From the IMG/VR virus record IMGVR_UViG_3300025127_000036, positions 1 to 59,428 of that record: a stretch of DNA of 59,428 nucleotides; one strand, given 5' to 3'. The notes beneath the pieces were generated by a model, which saw only the letters and a list, made by a program, of their open reading frames with translations, did not search any database and had not been told where the DNA came from. Every line of letters starts with the position of its first letter. The first letter of the stretch is position 1. This DNA comes from a virus (lineage: Duplodnaviria; Caudoviricetes). Made by a program: the position numbers and the translations under genes. Shown piece by piece: positions 10,072 to 20,817 of the stretch.

Positions 10072-10849
10072 TAAGCCTATATGGGTTCAAAAGGCTGAAG
10101 ACATACATTTATTTATTGGAACACCTGTGCACAGTGATTGTTCTATTCATTATGCACAAGCATTGATAGAATTACAAAAAGCTTGTTACCATAAAAGAGT
10201 TAAAATAGAATTTAGTTTAGTAAAATCATCTTTAGTTACACAAGGAAGAAATTTATGTGTTGCTGCTTTTCTTGACTCTAAAGCTACACATTTGTTATTT
10301 GTAGATTCTGATATAGATTTTAAATCGCAATCAATATTTAAAATGATTGCAAAAGATAAAGATGTCATATCCATACCTTACCCTCTTAAAAATTTTGATT
10401 GGGAGAAGGGTTTTGATAAATTCAAAAACAAAAAAATAGAATCACCCAAAGATTTAGCACAGGCATTTAATCAATACCCAATGAAGGTAGCAGAGCCTGA
10501 TAATATAACAGTCAATAATGGTGTTATTGAAGTCACTCATAGCCCTACAGGATGCATGCTTATTAAGCGTAGTGTGCTTGAAAAGATGATAGAAAAATAT
10601 CCACATTTGTTAGTAAAACAAAAGACAATAATTAACGGTGAGTTGGTGGATAGGACCAATCTTTATAACTTTTTTGATACATTATTTGACCCTGATACTA
10701 ACACATATCATGGTGAAGATTTTGCTTTTTGTAAACGATGGAGGGATATAGGTGGTAAGTGCCATGCCTATATTAATGATGAAATCAGTCATATTGGCGA
10801 GCATCGATATATTGGATGTTTTGGCGATGAGTTGATACTAACTGAGTAA
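10052..10849 (+). CDS. glycosyltransferase (GT-A fold)
   Basis: SLVTQGRN, HLLFVDSDIDF (DxD), TGCMLIKR, GEDFAFCKRW, HIG motifs. Confidence 0.8.
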   Translation: MQDQDPSKPIWVQKAEDIHLFIGTPVHSDCSIHYAQALIELQKACYHKRVKIEFSLVKSSLVTQGRNLCVAAFLDSKATHLLFVDSDIDFKSQSIFKMIAKDKDVISIPYPLKNFDWEKGFDKFKNKKIESPKDLAQAFNQYPMKVAEPDNITVNNGVIEVTHSPTGCMLIKRSVLEKMIEKYPHLLVKQKTIINGELVDRTNLYNFFDTLFDPDTNTYHGEDFAFCKRWRDIGGKCHAYINDEISHIGEHRYIGCFGDELILTE

Positions 10850-10892
10850 AATGGTAATATTTAACTTTTAGATCTAAGGAGAAAATATTTAA

Positions 10893-11885
10893 ATGCTACA
10901 ATTCTTACCTTATGCATTAGCAGCCTACGGTGGATACAAAGGATACAGAGAAGCTAAAGATGCTGGAGCTTCTGGTCTTGGTAGATTAGCGGGAGGAGCT
11001 ATAGGCGCCACATTAGGTTATTATGGTGGGCAAGCAGGATTAAAAGGCGGTGCAAAATTAGGAATACCAGGTTTTCAAACAGGACTAGATAAATTTGGAG
11101 GCACAATAACGGGATCGATTCCTACATTTACTAATTTACCTATTGTTCAAAACATACCTTTTGTTGGTGCAAACCAATCTAAAGGAATATCAGACTTAGG
11201 GAATTTTTTTACAAGACAACGTGTTGAAAATGGAAAAATTATTAAGGGTGAAAGACAAATAGATCCTATGAAAGCAGGGTTAGGTATTGGTGCATTAACA
11301 TATTTATCTGGTGCGTTTGATCCTCAAGATACAGATATTTTTTCACCGACTTACAATCTAGGTGTAGCAGATTTACAAGAGAAAAGAGATTTTAGATATA
11401 TAGATCCAGTCACTGGAGAAGAAAAAGTTTATGAAAAACTTTACATACCAGAAGCTGATCCAAAAAATAGAGGCGATGCACAGATGGGTAATATAGCAAT
11501 TGAGAGAACAACATTTAAAGCAAAGACCGGAGGTTTAGCTGAGATAAGAAAATTTAACGAAGGTGGTATAAATTATCTACCTTCGAAAGTTTCACACGAT
11601 GAAAACGATGCAAATAATTATGTTAGAGCACGTGGTTATGTTGAAGATGGATCAGGAAATGGTGATAAAGATGAAGATACGATGTTAGCACAATTAGCTG
11701 ATGGAGAATTTGTAACAAGAGCTGATGGTGTTTTAGGTGCAGGAATAATAAATGGCGGTAATCCAAACAGCATAAAAGATATGCGTGAAAAAGGTGCAGC
11801 TTATTTTTACGATCAACAAAGAAAATACAAAAGAGTTTTTGATTTATTAAAGGAGTCACATGGCCTCGACAAGAAAAAAAATTAA
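10893..11885 (+). CDS. internal virion protein
   Basis: Gly/Ala-rich hydrophobic N-terminus; C-terminal GDKDEDTMLAQLADGEFV motif common in phage virion proteins. Confidence 0.6.
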   Translation: MLQFLPYALAAYGGYKGYREAKDAGASGLGRLAGGAIGATLGYYGGQAGLKGGAKLGIPGFQTGLDKFGGTITGSIPTFTNLPIVQNIPFVGANQSKGISDLGNFFTRQRVENGKIIKGERQIDPMKAGLGIGALTYLSGAFDPQDTDIFSPTYNLGVADLQEKRDFRYIDPVTGEEKVYEKLYIPEADPKNRGDAQMGNIAIERTTFKAKTGGLAEIRKFNEGGINYLPSKVSHDENDANNYVRARGYVEDGSGNGDKDEDTMLAQLADGEFVTRADGVLGAGIINGGNPNSIKDMREKGAAYFYDQQRKYKRVFDLLKESHGLDKKKN

Positions 11886-12324
11886 GCCTCTTGTAAATGT
11901 CATTCCTGTAGAGCCAACTGACATTGATAAATTTTGGCCACTCGCAGAGTTTATGGTAAAGCAGGCTTTAAATTATTCGGGTAAATATGCTGAGCCTAAA
12001 CATATATTTGATATGTTAAAAAAAGATATGATGCAATGTTGGATATTTTTTGGGTCAGATGAAATGGAAGAAAATAAAGTTTTTGGTATAGGTGTAACAA
12101 GAATTACAGAGATGCCAAACTACAGTCAGTTGGAGGTAATTATCTGCACTGGAAAAAGAAGAGAACTATGGGAAAATCAATTTGTTAAATCAATAACACA
12201 ATTTGCAAAAGTAAATAAATGTAAAAGAATGAGTATTTGGGCCAGACCCGGATGGGAAAAAGTTTCCAAAAAATGGGGATGGGAAAAGAAACACGTACAA
12301 TTGGAGAAATGGTTAGATAAATGA
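11860..12324 (+). CDS. GNAT-like protein preceding ejection genes
   Basis: FAKVNKCKRMSIWARPGWEKV..WGW; position typical of podophage acetyltransferase-like genes. Confidence 0.55.
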   Translation: MASTRKKIKPLVNVIPVEPTDIDKFWPLAEFMVKQALNYSGKYAEPKHIFDMLKKDMMQCWIFFGSDEMEENKVFGIGVTRITEMPNYSQLEVIICTGKRRELWENQFVKSITQFAKVNKCKRMSIWARPGWEKVSKKWGWEKKHVQLEKWLDK

Positions 12325-13160
12325 GTTTATTTGGAGGAAAACCTAAGGCGCCTTCTATGCCTGCTTCATCTACACAAATTGTTAGAGAAGCACCAGGTAT
12401 AGAAGAAAGAAAAATTGAATTAATGGATATTGCAAGACAGATTGCACAGCAACCTGTCAGTTTACCCGATATTCAAATAGCTGGTTTAGGAGCTTTAGAG
12501 CAACAGGGAATTAGACAAGCAGGAAGAACAGGAGTTGGATCACAAGCAGTTAGACAAGGTATTAGTGCTGCTCAACAAGCCGCTGCCCCAATAGGAGCTG
12601 CTCAGATACAACAATTTTTAAATCCGTTTCAATCCTATGTGACTGGCGAGATAGCAAGACAGGGACAGATGGCTCAAAACCAACTTGCTGCACAGGCAGC
12701 AAGATCAGGAGCATTCGGTGGTGGAAGAGAAGGAGTACAACAAGCTGAGCTTCAGGGGAGAACTTTAGAAGCTATGGGTAGAGCACAACAATCAGGATTT
12801 AATACTGCATTGCAAGCTGCACAAAATCAACAAAGAACTGGATTACTTGCGGGACAACAACTTGGACAATTAGGTCAGTTAGAACAACAAATGTCTCAAT
12901 CAGATTTACAACAATTGATGGCAGCTGGAGGTATTCAAAGAGAGTTAGCACAAAGAACTCTTGATGCACAAAGAGCAACGCAACTACAAAGATCCTTTGA
13001 ACCTTTCCAAAGAGCTGAATTCTTAAAAAATATTTATGCTGCAGGGCCTACAACTCAATCACAGATAACAATGGCCACCGCACCACAAGCTAATCCTTTA
13101 GCTCAATCTATTGGTACTGGTTTAGGGGCGTTTCAAGCATTTTCAGGTGTACAGGGATAA
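12321..13160 (+). CDS. DNA ejection/pilot protein
   Basis: Q/A/G-rich; FLNPFQ..V, GAFGGGREGV, QSGFNTAL motifs; hydrophobic C-terminus. Confidence 0.7.
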   Translation: MSLFGGKPKAPSMPASSTQIVREAPGIEERKIELMDIARQIAQQPVSLPDIQIAGLGALEQQGIRQAGRTGVGSQAVRQGISAAQQAAAPIGAAQIQQFLNPFQSYVTGEIARQGQMAQNQLAAQAARSGAFGGGREGVQQAELQGRTLEAMGRAQQSGFNTALQAAQNQQRTGLLAGQQLGQLGQLEQQMSQSDLQQLMAAGGIQRELAQRTLDAQRATQLQRSFEPFQRAEFLKNIYAAGPTTQSQITMATAPQANPLAQSIGTGLGAFQAFSGVQG

Positions 13161-13164
13161 CTAA

Positions 13165-14493
13165 ATGAATAAGGTATTAATGAGACCTTTGTTTAGAAAA
13201 GCTTATCTTGCAAGGGAAAAAACTGCGAACGTTAAAAAATTTAAAGTAGGTGGATTTTCTCAAACTGAAAGAAGAAATTTATTACTCACCCCTATAACTT
13301 CTGCATTATTACAAGCTAAAACTATGCCGGGAGAAAGTCAGTTAAGTTCTTTGGCAAGAGCTTTTGGTAAAGGTATTCAACCAATACCTAATATAGCAAT
13401 GAATATAAAACAAATAGACGATGCAGCTAGAGCTAAAGAACAAGATAAAATATCTAAAACAAAAGAGGTTTTAGATACAACAACAAACAACGTAGTTTTT
13501 AAAACTGAGTTTGATATTCAAAATGAAGTAAAAGCTGATAACACTCCAAGATATGTACCAGTGCCGAGCAAAGAGTCTCAGATAAAACCAATGAGAGTTT
13601 TTGATTTAAAAGAGGGGGTTAAAACTTTTGTAAACCCTAATGATGTTTTAACAACCAAATATACGGTAAATGATGAAGAAAAATTAAGATATGCTCCAGT
13701 TGGAGATGAAGATTCTTTAGTAAAGGCTTATAAAAAATTAGATACTGGTGAGTTTAACACAAGCGCAGGTTATTTTAAAAAGTCAGAGGTGTTGGCAAAT
13801 CCTGAATTATTTAAACCTATAGAGGGTAATATAGAGATGATGTTAAAAATGAAAGATATAGACAGGATGAAAAAAATAAAATCTGAGGCAGATGGATCTA
13901 TGGTAGCTGCAAATGCGGCTGCTAAAACAATACGTACCATTGAGAACGATATCGCTAAAGGAGCATTTACGGGTAACGCAGCAGACCTAACTAGCATAAT
14001 TACAGGCACAACAGGTTTTGTAGAACAATTTATTAATAGAGAAAAGAAAACTAATATGCAAGTTTTTAACTCTGAGTATAATGCAACAAAAAGAGAAATT
14101 GATGCTATTTTATCAGGCAGAAAGACAGTTAATGAAAGAGTTACAAGATTTTTAAAGGCAGCTGAAACTCAAGGTTTGAAAACTTCTGTAATTAATTTAG
14201 CTTATTTAATTGCTAAAGCTAGAGAACCTGGAGGCAGATTTAGTGTACCTGACATTGAATTAGCTTTATCTTCTATAGGTCAAAGTTCTAATAAAATTAG
14301 TTTTTTAGCAGGATTAAAAAGAACTGGAGAAGAAATTACAAGAAACGCAATAGATCAGTATAAATTAGCGTATAATGTTTTAGATGAAGATATTCCAAAT
14401 AAATATAGGGATTTAATAGATAATTATAATTATTTTGGTGGTTATCAAATAAATAAAGATGATGACGTAATGCCAGGTAGTTTAAATTTTTAG
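13165..14493 (+). CDS. internal virion/ejection protein
   Basis: Begins VLMRPLFR; lies between pilot and large ejection genes. Confidence 0.6.
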   Translation: MNKVLMRPLFRKAYLAREKTANVKKFKVGGFSQTERRNLLLTPITSALLQAKTMPGESQLSSLARAFGKGIQPIPNIAMNIKQIDDAARAKEQDKISKTKEVLDTTTNNVVFKTEFDIQNEVKADNTPRYVPVPSKESQIKPMRVFDLKEGVKTFVNPNDVLTTKYTVNDEEKLRYAPVGDEDSLVKAYKKLDTGEFNTSAGYFKKSEVLANPELFKPIEGNIEMMLKMKDIDRMKKIKSEADGSMVAANAAAKTIRTIENDIAKGAFTGNAADLTSIITGTTGFVEQFINREKKTNMQVFNSEYNATKREIDAILSGRKTVNERVTRFLKAAETQGLKTSVINLAYLIAKAREPGGRFSVPDIELALSSIGQSSNKISFLAGLKRTGEEITRNAIDQYKLAYNVLDEDIPNKYRDLIDNYNYFGGYQINKDDDVMPGSLNF

Positions 14494-14501
14494 GATTAAA
14501 A

Positions 14502-17500
14502 ATGGCCTTACTAAAAGCTGCAAATGTTGATGAATATAGACAAATGTACGGTGAAGCTCTCGCTGAAAGAGAGAAAGAATTAGGTAAAGAGATTACAGAT
14601 GAAATGCTTACTGAGGCAATTTACAAAAAATTATCAGGAAAAGCAGATATAGATTATTATTCTTTTTATAAAGCTTTTAATCCACAAGGTAAATATTCTA
14701 ATCTTGCAACATATAGAACTGAAATAGAAGATAATGAATCAAATGATACTGATATAATCAATCAAGCTTATGAGGAATTACAAGCAAACGGAAAAGTAAG
14801 ATTTAAAGATTTTGTAAATGTATTTGCTCCAAAAGATTTTAATAAGGATAAATATTTAGAGGATTTAACTTTTTCTTTTGATGTACCAAAAATACCGGAC
14901 ACCGAATACTCTATAAAAGAAATAGCCGAAATGAGAGGTATTAACCCGGAGACAGATGTTAATTTGTCAGAGGTAGGGTTTGCTCAAGCTTTGGCTAGAG
15001 ACGATGAAGATAAAGCTTTAGCTGCGAAAACTGTTTTAAGTAATTATTTTAATCAAGATGTTCCAATTCGATATGGTCAAGAAACAGAAGAATTAGAATT
15101 TTTAAATCCACAATCAGGAAAGTATGAATTAGTAAATGCCTATGGTTTAGACTCTGGAGATTTAGCTAAGTTTGGAACTTATGGATTATTTATAGTTCCA
15201 GAAATTATTGCCACTACTTTTGCGGCAGGAACCACAGGGCCAACAGGAGCTGTAATAACATCTGCAGCATCCTCGGCAATATTAGAAACAGCTAGACTTG
15301 CTTTAGGAAATGAATTGTATGGCATAAATAAAACAGAAAAGGGATTTACTGATTATTTGAAAAATGAAGGAAAAGATATGGCAGTTTTAAATGCTGCTTT
15401 AACACAAGCGGGAATTACAATACCTAAACTATATAGAATGGTAAAGGATCTCAGAAGATTTGGTAAAATTAATGCATCAGAGTTTGGCGGTAAAATAAAA
15501 GACGCTGAGCAAGCCAATAAATTAATGATGGAGATAAACGATAGATTAGTACAACTTGGCGAAAAAAGAAAATTAAAATTTACTTTAGGTCAAGCTAGTG
15601 ATGATCCGGAACTTCTTGCTTTACAAAATGCCTACGAGTCAAATCCAAAATATGGTGTAAAAGGCACATTTGATGAATTTAACAAGGAACAAGCAGAAGC
15701 ATTAGATGTTTATATGAATTTAATGTCAGATCAATATAATTTTACAAGTTTATCTGGAAAAAACAATATAGCAGCAGATGAGTTAGGGGAGTTAATTCAA
15801 GAGACAATAGTAAAAAGATTAAGTCCTAAACAAAAAAAACTTACAGCTAATCTAGAAGCAGCACAAACGGATTTGACTGATGCCATAATAAAATTTCCTG
15901 ATGGTAGTGCTAAAGAAGCAGGAGATAGAATAAGAAGTGTTATTGACGATCTATATGATGATTTTGAAGAGTCATATTCAAAAAAATATACAGCTTTGTT
16001 TGAGACAGGTAAGGGTCGAAAAATAAACACTGATATTATTAGAAGTGCTGTAAAGGATTTAAACAAAAGACAAAGAGAAACGTTATTTAAAAAATATCCA
16101 AGTATAAAAACTTTTTTTAAATTACCCAAAGGTTCTAAAGTTAACATAAATACATTAAAAAATACTTTAAGTGATTTAAGAAGGTTTGACAGGGAGATTC
16201 AAAAAGGGATAGTGCCAGTAGAAGGTTCTCCTGTTGAGGGTTCAGTTTCAAAATTAATAGGATCTATAAAAGATCAATTTGCTCAAGACTTAGGCACGGA
16301 TGATGTTTGGTATAGAGAGTTTTTAAAATTGGATAAAGCTTATAAGAAAAACAAAGATTTATATAGAGGAACAATCGCTAAAATTATTGCAACTAAAAAT
16401 GGTAGACCAGTTATTGCGGGTGAAGATGTTTTCAAACAGACTTTCAAAAAAGGAGCTGGCCAAATAACCAGAATTGATGATGTTTATAATATTTTAAAGA
16501 AAAGACCAAGTTTAATAACAGATTACAAAAATCAAATATTAGGAGCTTACAAACAAGCTGTAGACCCTAACAATACAGGAAAAGTAAATTTGGTTGCGCA
16601 TCAGAGATTTTTAAATGATTATTCATATGCTTTAGAAAAGTTTTTTGGTGGTAAAGCAGGTGCAAAAAAACTTGAAACGATCGGTGCTTTAGCAAAAAAT
16701 GTTGAAGCTGCAACATTAAAAAGAGATAAAATAATGAAGCAATTAGGTAAATCCACTGAGGGTAAAATTGAGGCTATGGATCCAGATAAAATATTTCAGT
16801 TTTTGTATAACAATAAATCGCCTACAACTTTGAATAAAGTAATGACTATAATTCGACAAGATAAAGATTTATTAAATGCATTTCAAACTGTAGCCAAAGA
16901 TGATTTGTTATTTAAGGTTACAGACAATAGAGGTAAACTTAATTTTAATAATTTTGCAAATTATTTAAAAAATAATAAACAAATTTTAGATAGGACTTTT
17001 TCTGACAATCCTCAATTTATTTTAGATTTAGGAAGAATGAGAGATGCTTTAGAAATAACTACTAGAACATCAACACAGAAAACAATAGGTAAAGCTGAAA
17101 CTGCATTAAATGATATTATAAGAGCGAGACTTGGTCAATTTACAGTTGCCGGTAGAACGTTTACTGCTTTGAAAAAGATTGTAAGATCAGATGTTGATAG
17201 ACAATTAGCTGAAATAATTACAGATCCAAAAAGACTTAAAGAACTTTTAGATTTAAAAAATGTTCCAAAAGATTCAAAATTGGCAAAACAAACAATAACA
17301 AGATTATTTGGTTATTATATTTTTGATGAAAAATTCTTTGAAGACGATCAGTACACTCCTACTATGATTGATATAGTAGATGCACAACAAATCAATCAAG
17401 CTTCTAGACAAGGATCTCCAATTCAAGAAGAGCAACCTACCGAAGAAATAATTCAAACAACTGCTTTACCACAAAATGCACCAATGCCTAGAACAACTGG

Positions 17501-17591
17501 TTTAGAGGGAATTCAAGCTAGGCAAAATTACGAGTCTTTGTTTCCAGATGATACAATAGGTGCAGCTTTAGCTAAAAGAGGTATGTCATAA
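14502..17591 (+). CDS. large internal virion/ejection protein
   Basis: 1029 aa, helical, one hydrophobic Gly/Ala/Thr segment, ends YESLFPDD; position. Confidence 0.6.
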   Translation: MALLKAANVDEYRQMYGEALAEREKELGKEITDEMLTEAIYKKLSGKADIDYYSFYKAFNPQGKYSNLATYRTEIEDNESNDTDIINQAYEELQANGKVRFKDFVNVFAPKDFNKDKYLEDLTFSFDVPKIPDTEYSIKEIAEMRGINPETDVNLSEVGFAQALARDDEDKALAAKTVLSNYFNQDVPIRYGQETEELEFLNPQSGKYELVNAYGLDSGDLAKFGTYGLFIVPEIIATTFAAGTTGPTGAVITSAASSAILETARLALGNELYGINKTEKGFTDYLKNEGKDMAVLNAALTQAGITIPKLYRMVKDLRRFGKINASEFGGKIKDAEQANKLMMEINDRLVQLGEKRKLKFTLGQASDDPELLALQNAYESNPKYGVKGTFDEFNKEQAEALDVYMNLMSDQYNFTSLSGKNNIAADELGELIQETIVKRLSPKQKKLTANLEAAQTDLTDAIIKFPDGSAKEAGDRIRSVIDDLYDDFEESYSKKYTALFETGKGRKINTDIIRSAVKDLNKRQRETLFKKYPSIKTFFKLPKGSKVNINTLKNTLSDLRRFDREIQKGIVPVEGSPVEGSVSKLIGSIKDQFAQDLGTDDVWYREFLKLDKAYKKNKDLYRGTIAKIIATKNGRPVIAGEDVFKQTFKKGAGQITRIDDVYNILKKRPSLITDYKNQILGAYKQAVDPNNTGKVNLVAHQRFLNDYSYALEKFFGGKAGAKKLETIGALAKNVEAATLKRDKIMKQLGKSTEGKIEAMDPDKIFQFLYNNKSPTTLNKVMTIIRQDKDLLNAFQTVAKDDLLFKVTDNRGKLNFNNFANYLKNNKQILDRTFSDNPQFILDLGRMRDALEITTRTSTQKTIGKAETALNDIIRARLGQFTVAGRTFTALKKIVRSDVDRQLAEIITDPKRLKELLDLKNVPKDSKLAKQTITRLFGYYIFDEKFFEDDQYTPTMIDIVDAQQINQASRQGSPIQEEQPTEEIIQTTALPQNAPMPRTTGLEGIQARQNYESLFPDDTIGAALAKRGMS

Positions 17592-17782
17592 TGAGTAAAA
17601 CAGCTTTAGATAGAATAGAATCTCATGAAAAACTTTGCAGAATAATGCAAAAACAAACACATGATAGAATATTTAAAATTGAGCAATCTATTTCAAGAAT
17701 AGAAAGAATATTAATTGGTTGTGCAGGTGGTTTATTAGCTGGCATGGCATGGATAATATTTGAATTAATTACGAGGTTATAA
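17591..17782 (+). CDS. small coiled-coil plus TM protein (XhlA/holin-like)
   Basis: HEKLC..RIERILIG followed by C-terminal hydrophobic helix. Confidence 0.55.
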   Translation: MSKTALDRIESHEKLCRIMQKQTHDRIFKIEQSISRIERILIGCAGGLLAGMAWIIFELITRL

Positions 17783-17783
17783 A

Positions 17784-18659
17784 ATGCCTGCTCCTGTTTT
17801 AGGTTTACCAGCTTTATTACAATCAATTGCCACGATAGGTGTTGGTGGAGCAATAGGTTACAAAGCACAGAAATCATTAAAGGATGCTAATATAAATGTT
17901 AGAGACTTTGAAGAGCCACAATTAAGAATGTTAAGAGCTTTGTTGATGCCATCACAAGGAATTGGTTCTGAAATTAAAGAAGCTTTAGTTCAAAAAAAAG
18001 AAGATAAACAACCTGAAAAGGAACAAGAAAGATCTTTTGAGATAGTTACCAAACCAATGCCAAAAAAACCAGAAGATCCAGAGCCGCCACAAGATCCAAA
18101 TCCAGTTGAAGAAGTGGCAAAAGATTTAATTTTAGAAAAAGCTGTTGAAAAAGCACAAGAACCAACAGAAAAATTATTTGATTTTATTAAAAAAAGTCCT
18201 TTTGGATTTACAACAGATTTAGAAGGTAATCCTGTAAAAGAAGGTTTTGTTGTAGCAGAAACAAAATTAACTGAAATTGCTTTACCACAAAAAGAGCTTA
18301 CATTAGAAACTGTTAAAAAATATGCACAAAATTTAAAAAGACTATCAGATGCAACAGATAGAGAGATTAAAGCAGGGGGTTGGTTTAATGAAGATGATGG
18401 TAAATATTACCTTGACGGCCCTGTAGTTTATGATACACTTGAGGAGGCTCTGTATGCAGGTGATGCAGGTGACCAAATTGCAATTTATGATTTAGGAAAT
18501 GATGAACAAATCGATACAAAAGAAGGAATCAAAAGACTCAAGGAGGCAGGTTCATACAATAGTGAAACCGCAGATGTCTTTAGAAGAAATAGAGAAAAAC
18601 TTGATAAAAGGCTTAGAGAAGTCGGGGTTCAAGATAAAGGACAATCAGACGAAGAATAA
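17784..18659 (+). CDS. hypothetical two-domain protein
   Basis: Hydrophobic N-terminus, Pro/Glu linker, C-terminal GGWF..YYLD..DQIAIYDL domain. Confidence 0.6.
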   Translation: MPAPVLGLPALLQSIATIGVGGAIGYKAQKSLKDANINVRDFEEPQLRMLRALLMPSQGIGSEIKEALVQKKEDKQPEKEQERSFEIVTKPMPKKPEDPEPPQDPNPVEEVAKDLILEKAVEKAQEPTEKLFDFIKKSPFGFTTDLEGNPVKEGFVVAETKLTEIALPQKELTLETVKKYAQNLKRLSDATDREIKAGGWFNEDDGKYYLDGPVVYDTLEEALYAGDAGDQIAIYDLGNDEQIDTKEGIKRLKEAGSYNSETADVFRRNREKLDKRLREVGVQDKGQSDEE

Positions 18660-18671
18660 AGAGTAGTTGTC

Positions 18672-19328
18672 TTGAAAATAATCAAGAAATATCCTTACAA
18701 ACATTATAATCGTTTTTCAGATACTACCGGTAGAAAATATTTAGTGGGTGAAGCAAAAGTTCCAAGCGTTACTACAATATTATCAGCTACAAAAGACAAC
18801 AGATTTTTAGATAATTGGCGTAGAAAAGTTGGAGATAACGAGGCTGATAGAATAATGAAACAGGCTTCAACAATTGGAACAGAGATGCATCAAGTTTTAG
18901 AGTACGCGTACAACGGACAAGGATATTACAATGCAAACGAAGACGGTAAACAACCACGAATGATGGCTAAAATAATTTTAGAAAATTTAAAAATAGATGA
19001 AGTATGGGGTAACGAAGTATCTTTAGAATATGAAAATAAATTTGCGGGGACAACTGATTTAGTGGCTATGGCTTACGGTAAACCGTCCATAGTAGATTTT
19101 AAACAAGCAAACAAACCTAAAAGAGAAGAGTGGGTGGATGATTATAAATTACAATTAGGAGCGTATTATTTAGCACATAAAAAGAATTATGGGCCCATAG
19201 AACAGGGTGTTATTAGTATTTGCACTAGAGGATTACAATATCAAGAATTTAAATTAGACGAATCTGAACTATCTGAATATGGAGATAAGTTTTTAGAAAG
19301 AGTAGAAAAATTTAATAAATTACAGTAA
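18672..19328 (+). CDS. PD-(D/E)XK exonuclease
   Basis: PSVTTIL, GTEMH, E..AGTTD..IVDFK, QLGAY motifs; TTG start. Confidence 0.88.
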   Translation: MKIIKKYPYKHYNRFSDTTGRKYLVGEAKVPSVTTILSATKDNRFLDNWRRKVGDNEADRIMKQASTIGTEMHQVLEYAYNGQGYYNANEDGKQPRMMAKIILENLKIDEVWGNEVSLEYENKFAGTTDLVAMAYGKPSIVDFKQANKPKREEWVDDYKLQLGAYYLAHKKNYGPIEQGVISICTRGLQYQEFKLDESELSEYGDKFLERVEKFNKLQ

Positions 19329-20750
19329 CCAATCTTTAAGATCTTCTTCGCCTAAGGTTTTAGCAGCTATCTGACCTTTTTTTGTTAAAGCTTTCATTAT
19401 ATTTTCATCGATTGTTTTTTCAGCAATAATATCGATTATAACAACAGTTCCTGTTTGTCCTGAACGATGCGCTCTATCTTCAGACTGTTTTCTTACTTCT
19501 AAATTATAATTATTGGAAAAATATACCACCGTTTTTGCGGCAGTCAAAGTTAATCCATAACCACCCGTTGTTGGGTTGCTTAAAAAAAATCTAACTTTAG
19601 GATTGTTTTGAAAGGCCTCAATAGCATTAGTTCTATCTTTTACTTTTGTTTCACCATAGATTTCTACAAATGATTCTTTGCCATATTTTTCAGATAAAAA
19701 ATTTTTTAATTGTCTAATGTTATGAAGATAATTTACCCAAATAATTATTTTATCATCTGTCTCATCTATTATTTCTTCTAATGCATTAATTTTTGCTTTA
19801 CCAAATTCTTGTATATTACCATCATCATCTTTTATAAAACCATTAGTAAGTTGATGTAGTTTTACAATTTCTGAAAGTTTATTTGTAAAAGATACTGTAG
19901 TATCACGGACAACGGCTAACGCACGTCTCTTTAGTTTTTCATATAATATGCCTTGTTCTCCAGTTAGTTGTATCAAACGTTTTTGCCTTACCTTTGGTTT
20001 TAAATCTAAACATTGATCTTTGCGAACTCTAAATGAAAAAACATCGAGTTTATGTTCTAATTCTTCAATATTTTTGTAAAACTTTGGAATAGATATGTAA
20101 CGATTTGCTCCCATTTGTATTTGTTGCATTTCAGCGTATCTATTCCTAAACGCATAATAACTTTCATAACCTAAAAGTTTTGGGTCTAGAAAATAACATT
20201 GACTATATAAATCTAAAGGTGATTTAGTTACTGGTGATCCAGTCAAAATTCTTCTATACTTAATTAATTTTCTAAGTTCTAAGATAAATTTAGTTCTTTT
20301 TGCTTTTGGATTTTTAATTGTAGTAGATTCATCAACAACGACATAATTTTTTGGAAATTTTTTAAGAAATTTTACAACTGTGTTAAAACCGTTTTTGTTA
20401 CTTAGTGCCTCTACATTAATTAGAAATATTTTTAAGTTTTTACTTTTTTCAAACCAATTCCAATTTTTAGGCCTATCAACCTTCCATTGAAAAATATCTC
20501 TCACTACTACATCTGGTAGATGTATATCTATTTCTTTACACCATATTGTGTATACTGACTTTGGTGCAATCACTAGGGCTGTATCTATTTCATTTTTAAG
20601 GTATAAATAACCCATGTTATCTATAGCTGTTTTAGTTTTTCCAGTGCCCATCTCCATAAAATATGCAAATGATTGAGTCTCAGCAGATTTTTTTAATGCG
20701 TTTCTTTGGTGATCAAAAGGGTTTGTCTTATAGGGGTATTTCCATTCCAT
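19320..20750 (-). CDS. SNF2-family (SF2) helicase
   Basis: MEMGTGKT, VVDES, LTGSP, GGYGLTLT, QSEDRAHRSGQ; start taken at MEWKYP. Confidence 0.92.
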   Translation of the reverse strand: MEWKYPYKTNPFDHQRNALKKSAETQSFAYFMEMGTGKTKTAIDNMGYLYLKNEIDTALVIAPKSVYTIWCKEIDIHLPDVVVRDIFQWKVDRPKNWNWFEKSKNLKIFLINVEALSNKNGFNTVVKFLKKFPKNYVVVDESTTIKNPKAKRTKFILELRKLIKYRRILTGSPVTKSPLDLYSQCYFLDPKLLGYESYYAFRNRYAEMQQIQMGANRYISIPKFYKNIEELEHKLDVFSFRVRKDQCLDLKPKVRQKRLIQLTGEQGILYEKLKRRALAVVRDTTVSFTNKLSEIVKLHQLTNGFIKDDDGNIQEFGKAKINALEEIIDETDDKIIIWVNYLHNIRQLKNFLSEKYGKESFVEIYGETKVKDRTNAIEAFQNNPKVRFFLSNPTTGGYGLTLTAAKTVVYFSNNYNLEVRKQSEDRAHRSGQTGTVVIIDIIAEKTIDENIMKALTKKGQIAAKTLGEEDLKDWLL

Positions 20751-20817
20751 ATCAAAAATTATTTTTACATTTTTTTGTTGCAATTGTAAATAAAAATATT
20801 ATGAATATGGGAGGAGG

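Noticed and set aside
18672-19328. Cas4 call for the PD-(D/E)XK nuclease
   Set aside because: Lacks the four-Cys Fe-S cluster motif; ordinary phage exonuclease
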